From positions 3,286,001-3,350,000 of the forward strand of contig CAJFCJ010000001.1 of assembly GCA_904063045.1 (NCBI GenBank): a DNA stretch of 64,000 bases, read 5' to 3'. Under the pieces are notes generated by a model. It was not told the origin of the DNA. It ran no database searches and saw nothing but the letters and a program-made list of their open reading frames with translations. This stretch comes from Dimorphilus gyrociliatus (lineage: Eukaryota; Animalia; Annelida). Below, in pieces: positions 50,774 through 63,623 of the stretch; the stretch's first letter is position 1; every line of letters begins with the position of its first letter. A program made the position numbers and the translations under genes.

Positions 50774-53700
50774 ACTCTCACATTGCTACTTGCCTAAGTA
50801 TTCTTATTTTAAATAAACCGTTTTAATTTAAACATTTGTTTAAAGGTTCGAGTAGAACCAGTATGTTGTAACTTACAAACGCATAAATTTACCAAACAAG
50901 AGCAGTACAATACAAATAACATAATTGGAGATTGTGTTCCTGCTGTATCTCCTTCCCCTACCCCAATAATTAATTGTTTACAACAATTTAATAGTCCAGC
51001 TGGAGGTGGTACCGTCCATTGCGAAAGATGTGTTGATGGCAAGGAAGTGGTAGGAAACACAACATATGCTTCTGTAGCTGTGTGCAAAAATAATTGCTTA
51101 TTTGGAGGAGCCGCTGCTGGCTGTTTAATAGCTGATGCAGGCAAAATGATGGAAGATGAAACAATAGACACAATTATTACAGTTGATTTTGCAGCTTTAG
51201 CATCAGGCAACTGCAAATGATATTTAGCGGGAGTGGCAGCACCTATCAAGCAAATGAGGCCTGATGTGGTGGTTGTAATGCTGGATTTTCTCTAGATTAT
51301 TCTCCAACAAAATATGACTGTATATCATGCACTGTTGCTGAATTAGATCATAGAACAGAATGAACTTGCATTCCATGTACTGATGTACTGGAAGCAGAGT
51401 TTCAAGATGTGCATATGAGACAGCAACAAGTGACAACCATACCAAAGATTTGCAAAACAGGATATAAATTAAACATTGCTGTTTCACCAGAAGCATGTGA
51501 AAGTAAGAAGATAATTATAAATGTTACATTTTTGTTTCCAGATTATTAAATATGACTTATATATTTTCAGGGTGTGATCCCAATTGTAAAAGCTGCGAAA
51601 CAAATTGAAAAGACAAGTGTTACTCAGGAAAATGTAATTCTGATTATTTCCTTGATTCTAGTGATCAAAGATGTTACAACAATAAAGCTGGTTGTCTTGC
51701 TTCAACTAGAAGTAATGGAAAGATCACTTGTTCATCATGTAATACAGCAACTTCGGTACTTTCCAATGGTGAATGTAAAACATGTCCTACTGGCTGTAGT
51801 GGATGTTCCTTTGATGCTGCAACAAGCAAATTTACTTGTTCAACATGTATAGCACAATATTACAAAACATCTGATAATTTGTGTTTGCCTTGTCCAACTG
51901 GTTGTAGTGTCTATTCCCTCAATGGCTCAGCAGTCGAATGTACAAGTTGTCTTGCAACATATGGCTTTAAAGGAACTTCAGGTGAGTTGTGTGGTATTGA
52001 AGAATGTCAAATGTGTTCTGTTCCACGCGGTGGAAGGGGTCTTGTTTGTTTAACTTGTTCAAATAAGTTTTATTTGAATAGTGATGATTCAGGTCAATGT
52101 CCGAAATTCTGTAAAGAATGTTCATATAATCAAAAATATGAATGTACAGAGTGTTATGATAGATATGCGAAGGCATCAGATGGAACATGTGTACCATGTC
52201 CATCAAATTGTGAAACATGTACAGCCAATGCAGATAAGACAACAAGATGTACAAAATGCATATCAAAGTCATTTTCTTTAAAAACTGATGGAACTTGTGT
52301 CCCATGTTCAGAAGCTGCTTTTGCAAATTGTGCGACTTGTGGACCAACTCCATCAGGTGGAAAAGCAAAATGTGATATGCAGGAATATTTGCAGCATGTT
52401 TCATTATTGTCAATTCTTTTAGTTTTTAGGCTAGAATTACAAGCAGCAAGTGCTTGAAAAACTGACAGCTATCACTGTAACACTTTATAAATTAGATGTA
52501 TGCTCTTTAGTATTCTTACTGAAGAGCATGAACTATACTTTTATATTCTAATAGAAAAGAAGTGAAAATGTTTATTACTTTTTTCGTTTACTCCTTTTTT
52601 TAAATCTTGTATTTCAAGTTATTTTTGTGAATTTTTGGATGAATGGCATTTGATTTCATTTTCTATGTTTAAAAATTATGAGTGCAATAGAGACTTAAAA
52701 GAGATAACTTATTAGTATTGTTTGAATTTTAATGTTAAGTTTAGAAACTAGAGGTCGGTACTAGAAATAGTAATATCACAAGTTAGTTTGGTATATTTTT
52801 TAATGCTATAACAGCTGAACTTTTCTTTTATTTTTACAAAAGGATTATTCATTATAACTTTTTTATGGTTTTCGCAAAAAACATTAAGAAATTGAATTCA
52901 TTGAAAAATTCCTCTCTAAATTATCATATTCAAGCAAATTTTCTACTGATTTCAGTATGATTCAACATTTGCAGTTGCAGTATATTTCTGTTTTAACTTG
53001 CAAAAAATTTGTAGGTGTCGCTTATAGATCTTATTATAGAGCACGAGTTTCTTTCTATTAATAAATGAAAAGGATTACTAGCATTGTGTCCGCCTGAACT
53101 TGTTATATTTGTTTGATCACGTTCTCTTATTAATGTTATAATCTCAAACTAATTGTAACATACTTCCTAAGCGTTTCATAAACTGTATATTTTAATTAAT
53201 TCCTTGATTCTATCCCTACTGACCTTGGTGTAATGCAGTATTTATTGTATTTAATATATTTATAGTACATATATAAAAAATACATTAGTAGAAAGATTTT
53301 TAACCAATCAGACTTACAAATTGATGATAAAACTTCAAATTAACATTTCATGAATAGACATCAAGATAGAGGCAGACAAAGGGTGACAACAAAGATTTCG
53401 TAAAATTTCATAACATTTTCAACTTGCACAAGAAAGGGTTAAGCAAGATTTTCTTTTATTTATAACGTTGCTAAAATAGCTATTAAAATTATACATTGTA
53501 TTAAAGAATTATTATTAATTATTTACAAAAAAACCCAGCTAAGCGTACTTTGATTGAATAATGGAGAAAAGGGAAAATTCTAAAAATCCCTTTTTGTGGT
53601 TTATTCTTTTAGATTATTAGTACTACTTTGCTCAAGATTGAATGTAAAACATTCAAACATGTCCTTTTTTCTAAACATCTTATATTTTAAATAATTGTCT

Positions 53701-54094
53701 GATGCAGTAAACCTCTAATATAAGATTAATTGTTCCACTAAAAAACCTATTGAATTTGATCTATTAAGGACAATGCTTCACTAATCACTTTTCCTAACTA
53801 CTTTCATTAAATTGGCATTCATTGTCAGACTACAATCCTTTTAATTTGTTTATATTAATACCATTAAATTTGTTTTAACATACTAAGGAAAAAAACATAT
53901 GGCGGTACGACATTAAGTATTTGCAAGTGCTATCAAGCAGAGAGACTAAACAACAATATAGAATGGGACTAACGTATGGACCTTAGTGCAGAAACGGACA
54001 AAGACAGTTATTTTTCTGTTATTGGTAACGAATTAATCTGACTAAATAAACTTGTTTTTATTTGTTTATATTGTTACTAAGGTGATGAGAAAAA

Positions 54095-54455
54095 AAAAGT
54101 AGTGTTAGGGAAAACTTGTAATTATTTAAAAGATCAGTTTGCCGCCAAGATATATAAAATTTATTTATGTAAAAAAACATAGAATTGCTATGAAACTTTT
54201 GGATGTTTTAATCTCTGCAAAACACGAAATTGAAGAGAAAATCTTGATGACAAAGACAGATACATTCAAGTTCATTCATTAAAGATACAAAATGATTACA
54301 AAATGAAGACAACTAATTACAATAAAGAGATTAACTTGATAAGAAATGATAACATTTCTATTTAGAATTTTTATAACTAAAACTTGACAATAGATGTTAT
54401 AACTTTACAATCAGTAAATACTGCTCTTTTGTATATTTTAAAGATAGTAATACTA
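54095..54455 (+). repeat. Direct repeat of the copy-D upstream block at ~56610-57015 (related block at ~46310-46550)
   Basis: Shared tgttagggaaaacttgtaat, aatctctgcaaa, aaaatcttgatgac.aagacagatacattc and gaagacaactaattacaataaagagattaacttgataagaaatgataacatttcta. Confidence 0.85.
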
Positions 54456-57400
54456 TTCAACGATATATATGGTATAAAGGTAATAGTTGACAAAATTTCC
54501 CTGGATAGTAGTAAATTTAGACATGCGACTTTTAAACTAATACTTTCTTATACTATAGGAATAGCTGTAATTTTATAAGTGATAATTATACTCTACGAGA
54601 GTTTAATATTTTGTACATGATAAACATTATGATACCCTTATCGATACAAGACGCTGACTTGATTAAACTAATCAGTAGTTTTTATTTTATTACTTTTTGT
54701 TATTCTAACATGTTTAGTTTGCTTCGTAAAACATAATTGTTCTTTCTGCTTCTAATTCTCCAGACAACATGCTTTTTGAGCAAATATGAGGCTAAAAATT
54801 TTCAGAATATGCTTTGAATATCTTGTGTTGCAATTTCAATAACTTAAAAAGTAGGTGTAATATTTATCTTCACTTTTTTTAATTTTTAAACACTGAATAA
54901 ACATCCAAATTGTCAAACAAAGTTTTTACTTAAATTTCAATGTTTTCATATATAAAAACATATTTTCTTTAATTACTTAACATCAAAATAATATAAAATA
55001 TGAATAATAGATCATATGGCTAGAATATATAACTCTTATAATATTTAATTTCTTCGATATGATTTTAACGTTGAAAAGAGATTATGCTGGTATTTATTTG
55101 AATATGAATCGGGGGTAAATAATAACTCAGTTGTCAAAATATAAAAGAATATAACATTTGAAAAAGAATCTTTGGCCTATGGCAACGAAGTAAACTTGAT
55201 CATTTTCTTTAGAAGAAAATGACTTAAATAATAATTGATGTTATTATGACGATAAATTTCTTTTTAAATCTCAGCAAGAAAGACTAAAATGGATTTGCAA
55301 TTGGAGAGATCAACAGCAAAATTTTCACTGTAATTAGAGTTTTAGGATTTTTTATGACAAAGATGCATTTACCGCAATTAACATTAAGGAATTTTTTATG
55401 GTTATTATTAATGATCTCGGTGGGAAGTGCAGTATAACTTAGAAACAAGATGCCTATTTAAAAGCTTGAACTTTGAAGTGTCTAATAAAAAGAAGTATTT
55501 AACGTATAAAAGATATATTTACAAAAAACTGGCAAAATTTAAGATTCATTCGTTACCATAAACAAAAAAAAATACTGTCTCAGTATGATCCACAATTGGG
55601 ATAATCCTGTTCATTCTATTCTGTATTTTTGTTTAGCGAATCTCAAAATAAGTTTTGAACTCTTAAAAGTATTTCTACCTCCTAGCCCTAATAGAGCAGA
55701 AACACTCACGCATTACCATCCTTATGATCTTATATTTTAAATATTTATCATATTTAATCCTTTTTTTTAAATGATACTATTCAATATAAACTGTATTAAA
55801 AACTTATTTCACAAAGAAATTATTTAAACTGCAAATAAAATTCAATCTTTTACATTGAACAAAGGGAAATGGGTGTTAAAGATACTAAACTATTTATTTA
55901 AGATTAAAAATTAAGAACTAACGAGCTGAAAACATTTACTAGAATACAGACAGTTTATCCCAAAAGTTAACTAGTTGTCTTTTTCCAAAATTAGCTTTTT
56001 TCTATACACTGTTTATTTGCTACTTTAGCAACGTTGTAAATAAAAAAGACTTGCCTAATTTTCTAAATATTTTGCACTGACTTGGGAGGTTGAAATATCA
56101 GATATCGAATATATTATAGAGAGTACTAGTAAACGATTTAGCTTATAGTATATCTAAGTAGAGATAGTTGAATACCAAACTTATTACTAACACCACCACA
56201 TTATCTGAATCTATTAGGTGAAAAAGAAAACAGAGGTGGTAGGATAAGAGGGTGTGGGAAATTTGAACTGTTGATAAATTCCATTAGATAATGCGCCCAA
56301 ACAAACCTTCAGAAAAGGATCAACAGTCTTCAATGGTGAAACCTAAAAGGACAGCCTTCTTGAGCAAATAGTAACTATAAATGCTCAGTAGATCAAAAAT
56401 AAACAAACATTTTGAATAGATGTACAATTGAATGCATCATTTAATCTGCGATAATCTTCATTCAATTTTTGTAAATTACTCTTTCTTTAACAAAAATTAT
56501 AACAAGTTCTCTGCCGACAAAGGTTCAAATTTATTTAAAAAATGTAATATACGGTATACTATGTACATAGTTAATCTTATATACTTGGATGTGACTTCGG
56601 TGAAGAGAATAAAAAAGAATACTGTTAGGGAAAACTTGTAATCAGTTAAAACATGAATTTGATGCCAAGATATATAACACTATAATAAACACTTCAATTT
56701 TGCAGTTGTAAATATATATTTATGTAGAAAATCATAAAATTACTAAGACTTTAAAAATATTTGGTGTTTAATCTCTGCAAATTGCAAAAAATGAACACAA
56801 AGAAAAAATCTTGATGACTAAGACAGATACATTCTAGTTCATTCATTAAAGGTACAAAATGATGACAAAACGAAGACAACTAATTACAATAAAGAGATTA
56901 ACTTGATAAGAAATGATAACATTTCTATATAGAACTTTTATAACAAAAACTTAACAATAAATGTTATAACTTAACAATCAGTGCATACTGCTCTTTTGTA
57001 TATTTTAAAGGTATTTATACCATTCAACACTATACTGTATCTTTTAGTTGAAATAAACATAACACTTCTTACATTATTTAACTTGAAATATTACTCGAAA
57101 TATATTTGAATTCCGAAATTAAGACAATAAAATATGCTTTTATGGGAAACATTTGAGAACAAAGTATATGATTTATCATTTACCACACTTATCAATTCAC
57201 TCGCAATATATTAAATAACATAATAAATAAATTTCAATTAAACATTATTATAAGGAAATGATAACATTTTAAGTATTTGGCAGACAAAAATTAATTTGCA
57301 AATGTTATATTAATTTCTATTTTGACAACCAACATTTTATTTTCTCTATTCATATGGAAATTTCTAGCAACAATAATCTCTTTACAAAACTAAAATGGAA

Positions 57401-57576
57401 ACTTAGAAACCAAAGAGTATAAATACCGTATAATTCTCATTTCCCAAACTTCACATAATCAGTGCCAGCCAGAAAATATTTCTTTCGAAAAAAAGGTACA
57501 GTAAAACATTTCAAATGAAAAAACAACAATAAAATATTATCGATTCAAACCTATAGGGCCAATTAAAGTATAATTA

Positions 57577-60500
57577 ATGAAGAACTTTGTCCTCATAGCA
57601 CTTTGTGCTGTGGTCATTCAATGTAAGTTAAAACAACATTCTTTTTATGAATAATCAATTTATATACTTTAAATATGATATCATTATTAAGTCTATGCGA
57701 AATCAAAACAGACTCACAAACGGCTACAGTACCAAGCAGTGATGTGTATAATTGTGAAACTGGACAAACAGGAACACGAACAACAACATGTGGAATGTGC
57801 TCCAGTGGAAGAATTCCTTCATCGAATCGACTTAAATGCTTCAGTAAGTAAACCAAAAAAACACAAAGACACAATATTAAAATGAAATATTTACAAAAAC
57901 AGAATGCCCAGACTTCTGTTCAAAAGGAAAATGTACACTGAAAACTGATGTATCAAATGAAAATGATGCAACTCTATGTTCACAGTGCATTGAACACTAT
58001 TTTCTAGACACTGGAAAATGCTCCGGTATTCTTATACTATTTCCTCTCTATTCATGTTACACTTTCAACCATTCATATTTTTACATTTAATCTTATTTAA
58101 GAATGCTCAACTGGATGCAGAAACTGTACAAGTGCAACATCATGTCTTGACTGTTACTCTAACTATGCTATGAATGATGCCACTAAGCTGTGCGTTCTTT
58201 GCCCATCCAACTGTGTTAAATGCACTTGGAATTCTGCCACTTCAAATGCTGATTGTGACACTTGTGCTGATAGATATGTCAAAAAAGACACCGGCTGCAC
58301 ATGTAAATATTCTCAAAGTATATTATACACCACACATTTATTAATAACATTATTTTCAGCTTGTCTATCCTACTGCAAATCTTGTACTTATAACAAAGAC
58401 ACTGGTGTCAGTTGTAGTTCTTGTGACACAAATGCATACAAGGAAATAACCAATAATATCAACACATGTAAATTATGCTCCACTGCAATTTCTGGTTGTA
58501 ACAAGTGTTCTGACAAAGATACTTGTACTGAATGCATGTCTAAAGCCTATGCTTTAACAACATCAAACAAATGTGAAACATGTAGTTCCATTCATTCAGC
58601 ATGCACTGAATGTGATGCCAGCAGTGGCACAAACAAATGTAAGACCTGTAAAAGTGGCTATTATCTTAAGGATGATTCCTGTTCTGTCTGTCCAAGAAAC
58701 TGTGACACCTGTGAAGAAACAAATAGCATTGTCAAATGCACGAAATGTAAAGTTGACTACACAGTAGTTGATCTGAAGAGTTGTGATAGATGTCCAGATA
58801 ATTGTCTTGAATGTGAAGTTTCTGGTAGTAAACTGGTGTGTAAATCTGGCAGATGTGCATCAAAATATGCTCTAAACTCAGACAACTTGTGCTCAAAGTG
58901 TCCTGATAATTGTAAGGCATGTTCCTGGAGTTCATCAAATTCTAGAACAGAATGTAGTGGAACAGATGCGAGTCATTCATGTGTTGAAAATGAAGGTGGA
59001 AAATCATGGGGAAGAAAAAGTGATGGAAAATGTATAGGTTAGTCAAATTACTTTATCAACAGTTTTCTATGTAATAGATATTCCATGAGATGTAATGAAT
59101 AACTTTGTATATACAGCTTGTCCTGGAAATTGTTTAAAATGTTATTTCAAATCTTCTTCTGCGTCTTCACCAATTTGTTACGCTTCAAAATGTCAAAATG
59201 GATTTGCTTTTGATGATGATACTGGAAATTGCGTTTCTTGTCCTTCTGGATGTGACTACTGTAAAAAGAGAGGTTCTACTATAACATGCTTAAAGTGCAG
59301 TGCAAAATATGCACCTAAATATAATGCAAATAGTGGAGCCATTGATTCTTGTATGTCATGTACAATTTCCAACTGCGACTATTGTGAAGTGATTGGTGAC
59401 AAAGTGGAATGTTTAAGATCTCCTTGTGCCTCTAAAGCAACCAATTCAAATAACAAAAAGTTTTCATTTTCAAGTAAAACTTGTGCTACAAGTTGTCCTA
59501 CTGATTCAATGTGTGCAACCAAAAAAGTTAATGATGAAAATGAAGCCTGTTTTTGTAGATCTTGTCCTGCAGGAAGTGCTGTAATTCTGGCAGGAGCAAA
59601 TGCCGGAGTGTGTAAATCTTGTGGAACAGATTGTGAAGACTGTGGACTATCAACTGACAAGATGGATGTTGAATGTAAGACATGTAAAGGTTCAAAGCAA
59701 TGGGTATCAATAGAAGTATCTAGTAATGTTGTAAAAGGATGTTATGGTATTTATAGCAAATGAATTATTTGTAGAAAAAACTACTACAACATTTTAAAAT
59801 ATTTGACAGACTGCACTGTTGCATCACCACAATGTAAAGTGCTACAACTTTCTGGAAGTACTTGTATATGCAAAGCAGGTGAATGTATGGGCGATATGAG
59901 TATTAGTGGTAAACACTCTGTTCTACAAGAAACTTCTGGAACACAAGGCTGTAAAGGTAATATATTTCCATAAATTAATTCATGGATATCCAAAATATTT
60001 TCATTTTATACAATCTATAGCTTGTGGTGAAGCAATCGCAAATGCTCTCTGGTGTGGAGGTACCCATGCTGCAGCAACACTTGCTAATTGCGAATATGGA
60101 TATATAGAGAAATCTCCTTCATCTGGCACATGCATACGTATAAATATTTCCTTTAATTGAAAACTGCTTTAGTAAGATATGTGTTTCCTTTTCTTAGCAA
60201 TTCCTACCGGCTGTAAGACATATACAGATGTTGCAACTGGGTCACCAGAACATGCAACATGTACTGATTGCGCAAAAGGATATGTGGTTGATACAGCTTC
60301 TTGTACACCATGTCCTCCTGGTTGTTCTGATTGTTCTGCTGTATCTGGTCAACCAACAATATGTACAGCTTGTACAGATCCTACGAAAAATGGTATTGAC
60401 TGTCTAACACCAGTAGCTACCTGTACCTCTCCAGTGCCTCATTGTGATAAAAAATGGGCATCAGTTGCTCACCCAGCAACTGATGGAAATTGTAAATGTA

Positions 60501-63500
60501 TAAGATGTAGTAATACATTTGCAGTTGACACACCTGTGATACATACAAATAATTTAATAGGAGACTGTGCTGCTGGTGTACCCGCTTCTCCTACTCAATT
60601 AACTGATTGTGAACAACAATATAATGAACCAACACCTGCTCTCCATTGCGTAAGATGTGCTAATAATAAAGTACTACAAGGAAATGCATGTGTAGCAGCA
60701 GTAACTGACTGCAAAGACAATTACTCATATTTTTCATCGACTCCTAAATGCCTTATTGCTGCTGCGGGCAAAATGATGGATGCTGGATCAGACACAACAG
60801 TCATTACAGTTGATCCTACAGCACTAGCATCAGGAAATTGCAAAGGTTATATTGCATCAGCGGCATCACCTGCTCCAGCAACTAGTGGCCGATGTGGTGG
60901 GTGTGATACTGGATTTACTCTAGATTTTTCTCCAACTAAATATGATTGTGTAGCATGTACTGCTGCTGGATTGGATCATTGTACATTTGCTGTATCTTCA
61001 GGAGGTACATGTATGTGTGGAAGATGTACTGCTGATGGATCAGGAAAAGTATACCATAAACATCCTACATTAACAGGATGTGTACAAAATAATGAAATTA
61101 CCAATTGTGCTACTCACACATTGAAACTTAAAAATGGAGCTTATGTAGTAGCATGTGCTGCCTGTTCAGGTGCAAATGTTTTGGCTGCAGATGGATTGTC
61201 ATGTGTGGCCTGCTCAAAAACTTGTACTGGAGGAACAAAAGTAGTTGCTGCTGGTGCATCAACATGTACATGTGATTGTTCTGCTGTTGGTTTTGTAAAT
61301 AGTAATGGAGATGATTGCATTGCTTGTGTAATAGCTGGAAAAACAGGATGTTCAGAGGTACAACTAAATGGGGCATCATGTGAATGCAAAACATGCAATG
61401 CCAATTTTGTTATGAAAGCAGATAAATCAGAATGTGTTGCTTGTAACACTGGTCCTGGTGGTGCAACTTCCAACTGTAAAAATTGTAACTTAGCATCTTC
61501 TCCAGTTAATCAAGTATCAGCTTGCTCTGATTGTGACAGTAGATATGCATTACACACATCTTCAACACCTGGAACTAGTCCATCATGTATGGCATGTGGT
61601 ACAGGATGTACAACCTGTACAGTAGATACATCTGGAGTTTCTGCTACAACTGATAACAAATGTACAGTTTGTCAATCTGGTTATGCACTCAATAATGTAG
61701 GACTGTGTATTCAGTGTCCTACATCACCACAGGCCTGTTCGGAATGCAGAATTGATCCTGATGATCAAACAAGAACACTATGTCTATCATTTGGATGTGG
61801 AGCTGCTGCTCTAAGAGATAGTGATTTCACTTGCGATACATGCGCCTCTCTTACTGGTTGTGACATTTGTGTTAAACAAATTGGTGATACTCTGAAATGT
61901 TTGAAATGCAATTCTGGATATTATATGGATAGTAATAGTGTATGTCAGACATGTGTATCTGGATGTGATTTCTGTGTAGATGGAACAACTTGTATCCCCA
62001 ATGGTTGTAAGGACGGATTTATCAGACATAGAACAGAAGGAACTTGCACACCATGTACGGGAAGTGGAGTTTCAAGATGTGCATACGAGACAGCAACTAG
62101 TGATACTCTCATACCAAAGATATGCAAAACAGGATATAAATTAAACACTGCTATTTCACCAGTAGCATGTGAAAGTATGAAGATCATTATAAACATTCCA
62201 TACTTGTTTTGAGATTGTTAAAAACGAATTTTATCTTTTCAGAGTGTGATCCTAATTGTAAAAGCTGCGAAACAAATGGAAAAGACAAGTGTGATTCAGG
62301 ACAATGTAATTCTGGTTATTTCTTTGATTCTAGTGATCAAAAGTGTTACAACAATAAAGCTGGTTGTCTTGCTTCAACTAGAAGTAATGGAAAGATCACT
62401 TGTTCATCATGTAATACAGCAACTTCGGTACTTTCCAATGGTGAATGTAAAACATGTCCTACTGGTTGTAGTGGATGTTCATTTGATGCTCAAACAAGCA
62501 AATTTACTTGTTCATCTTGTATAGCAAAATATTACAAAACATCTGATAATTTGTGTTTGCCTTGTCCAACTGGTTGCAGTGCTTGTTCTCTCAATGGAGC
62601 ATCAGTTGAATGTACAAGTTGTCTTGCAACATATGGTTTGAAAGGAACTGCGTGCGAATTATGTGGTATTGGAGAATGTCAAACATGTTCTGTTCCATCT
62701 GGTGGAAGTGGTTTGGTTTGTTTAACATGCTCAAATAAGTTTTATTTGAATAGTGATGATTGTGGTCAATGTCCGAAATTCTGTAAAGAATGTTCATATA
62801 ATCAAAAATATGAATGTACAAAGTGTTATGATAGATATGCAAAGGCATCAGATGGAACATGTGTACCGTGCCCATCAAACTGTGAAACATGTACAGCCAA
62901 TGCAGATAAGACAACAAGATGTACAAAATGCATATCAAAGTCATTTTCTTTAAAAACTGATGGAACTTGTGTACCATGTTCGGAAGCTGTTTTTGCTAAT
63001 TGTGCAACTTGTGGACCAACTCCTTCAGGTGGAAAAGCGAAATGTGATATGTGTAGTGGAGGATTTACTCTACAAGATGATAAACTAGCCTGTGTTTCAT
63101 GTTCAATTACGGGATGTGGAATGTGTGCACATGGTCGCATATGTTCGAAATGTAAATCAGGATTCTATTTACATAATTATGATAGAGAATGCGCAAGTTT
63201 GTTTTTTATTGATATAGTTTTTGTTGATTTTTGATATGTATCAGTAATGTATTGTTTTTTTTTTCAGGAAAATGTTTCGAATGTAAAGGAAATCAGGCAG
63301 ACTGTGGAAATGATATATCAAGTACCAAGAATTCTACTGATAAAGTGAAGGTAATTGATTGTGGAATTGGTGATTGTTGGGCCTATAGAACAGAAATTTC
63401 GGGAACAATAACATTTGCAAGAGGATGCTCAAATGAAACTTGCACATCCGCTAATGAAAATGAAAATTGTAAAACGGTAAATGGAAAGAAAGAATGTGTA

Positions 63501-63623
63501 CAGTGCTGTAGAGGAGAAAGATGTAATACTTGGGCATTGGATGGTAAAGCAGGCGTAGCAGGATTATTTGCAACATGTTTCATTATTGCTGTATCAAGTA
63601 TCCTTTCCATCTTAATCAATTGA
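57577..63623 (+). CDS. Copy D: intact 1786-aa GPI-type CXXC/furin-like + Ly6/uPAR surface protein (exons 57577-57622, 57712-57843, 57903-58025, 58102-58302, 58360-59037, 59117-59746, 59810-59956, 60021-60137, 60198-62174, 62243-63196, 63268-63623)
   Basis: Signal peptide MKNFVLIALCAVVIQ. All internal exons are multiples of 3 with phase-1 GT-AG introns (5361 nt total). Ends CCRGERCNTWALDGKAGVAGLFATCFIIAVSSILSILIN*. Confidence 0.9.

Larger units (their letters stand above)
47285..52379 (+). pseudogene. Copy C: pseudogene closely related to copy D
   Basis: Intron-1 donor is GT>AT at 47331 and intron-4 donor is GT>GA at 48197. There is a frameshift in exon 4 and TGC>TGA at 48631. It carries MITE and Tc1 insertions. 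Exons 6-8 and parts of exon 9 are lost, and there is no Ly6/GPI exon. Confidence 0.9.

Noticed and set aside
58303-58359. Stop-free 57-nt intron in copy D (and a 60-nt one in the TMEM268-like gene) as regulated intron retention
   Set aside because: Short introns of length 3n without stops arise often by chance; no supporting evidence.
29811-63619. Numerous minus-strand and alternate-frame ORFs over the Cys-rich genes (e.g. 31230-31613, 32345-32626, 61141-61473, 62826-63140)
   Set aside because: They are shadows of the TGT/TGC/ACA-rich coding strand. They recur at the same place in each paralog only because the sense exons are homologous, and have no independent motifs or splice structure.
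27149-63623. Horizontal transfer of Giardia VSP or ciliate antigen genes
   Set aside because: The genes have host-like short spliceosomal introns and a Ly6/uPAR domain, and lack the VSP CRGKA tail. CXXC richness alone gives spurious similarity, so this is analogy only.
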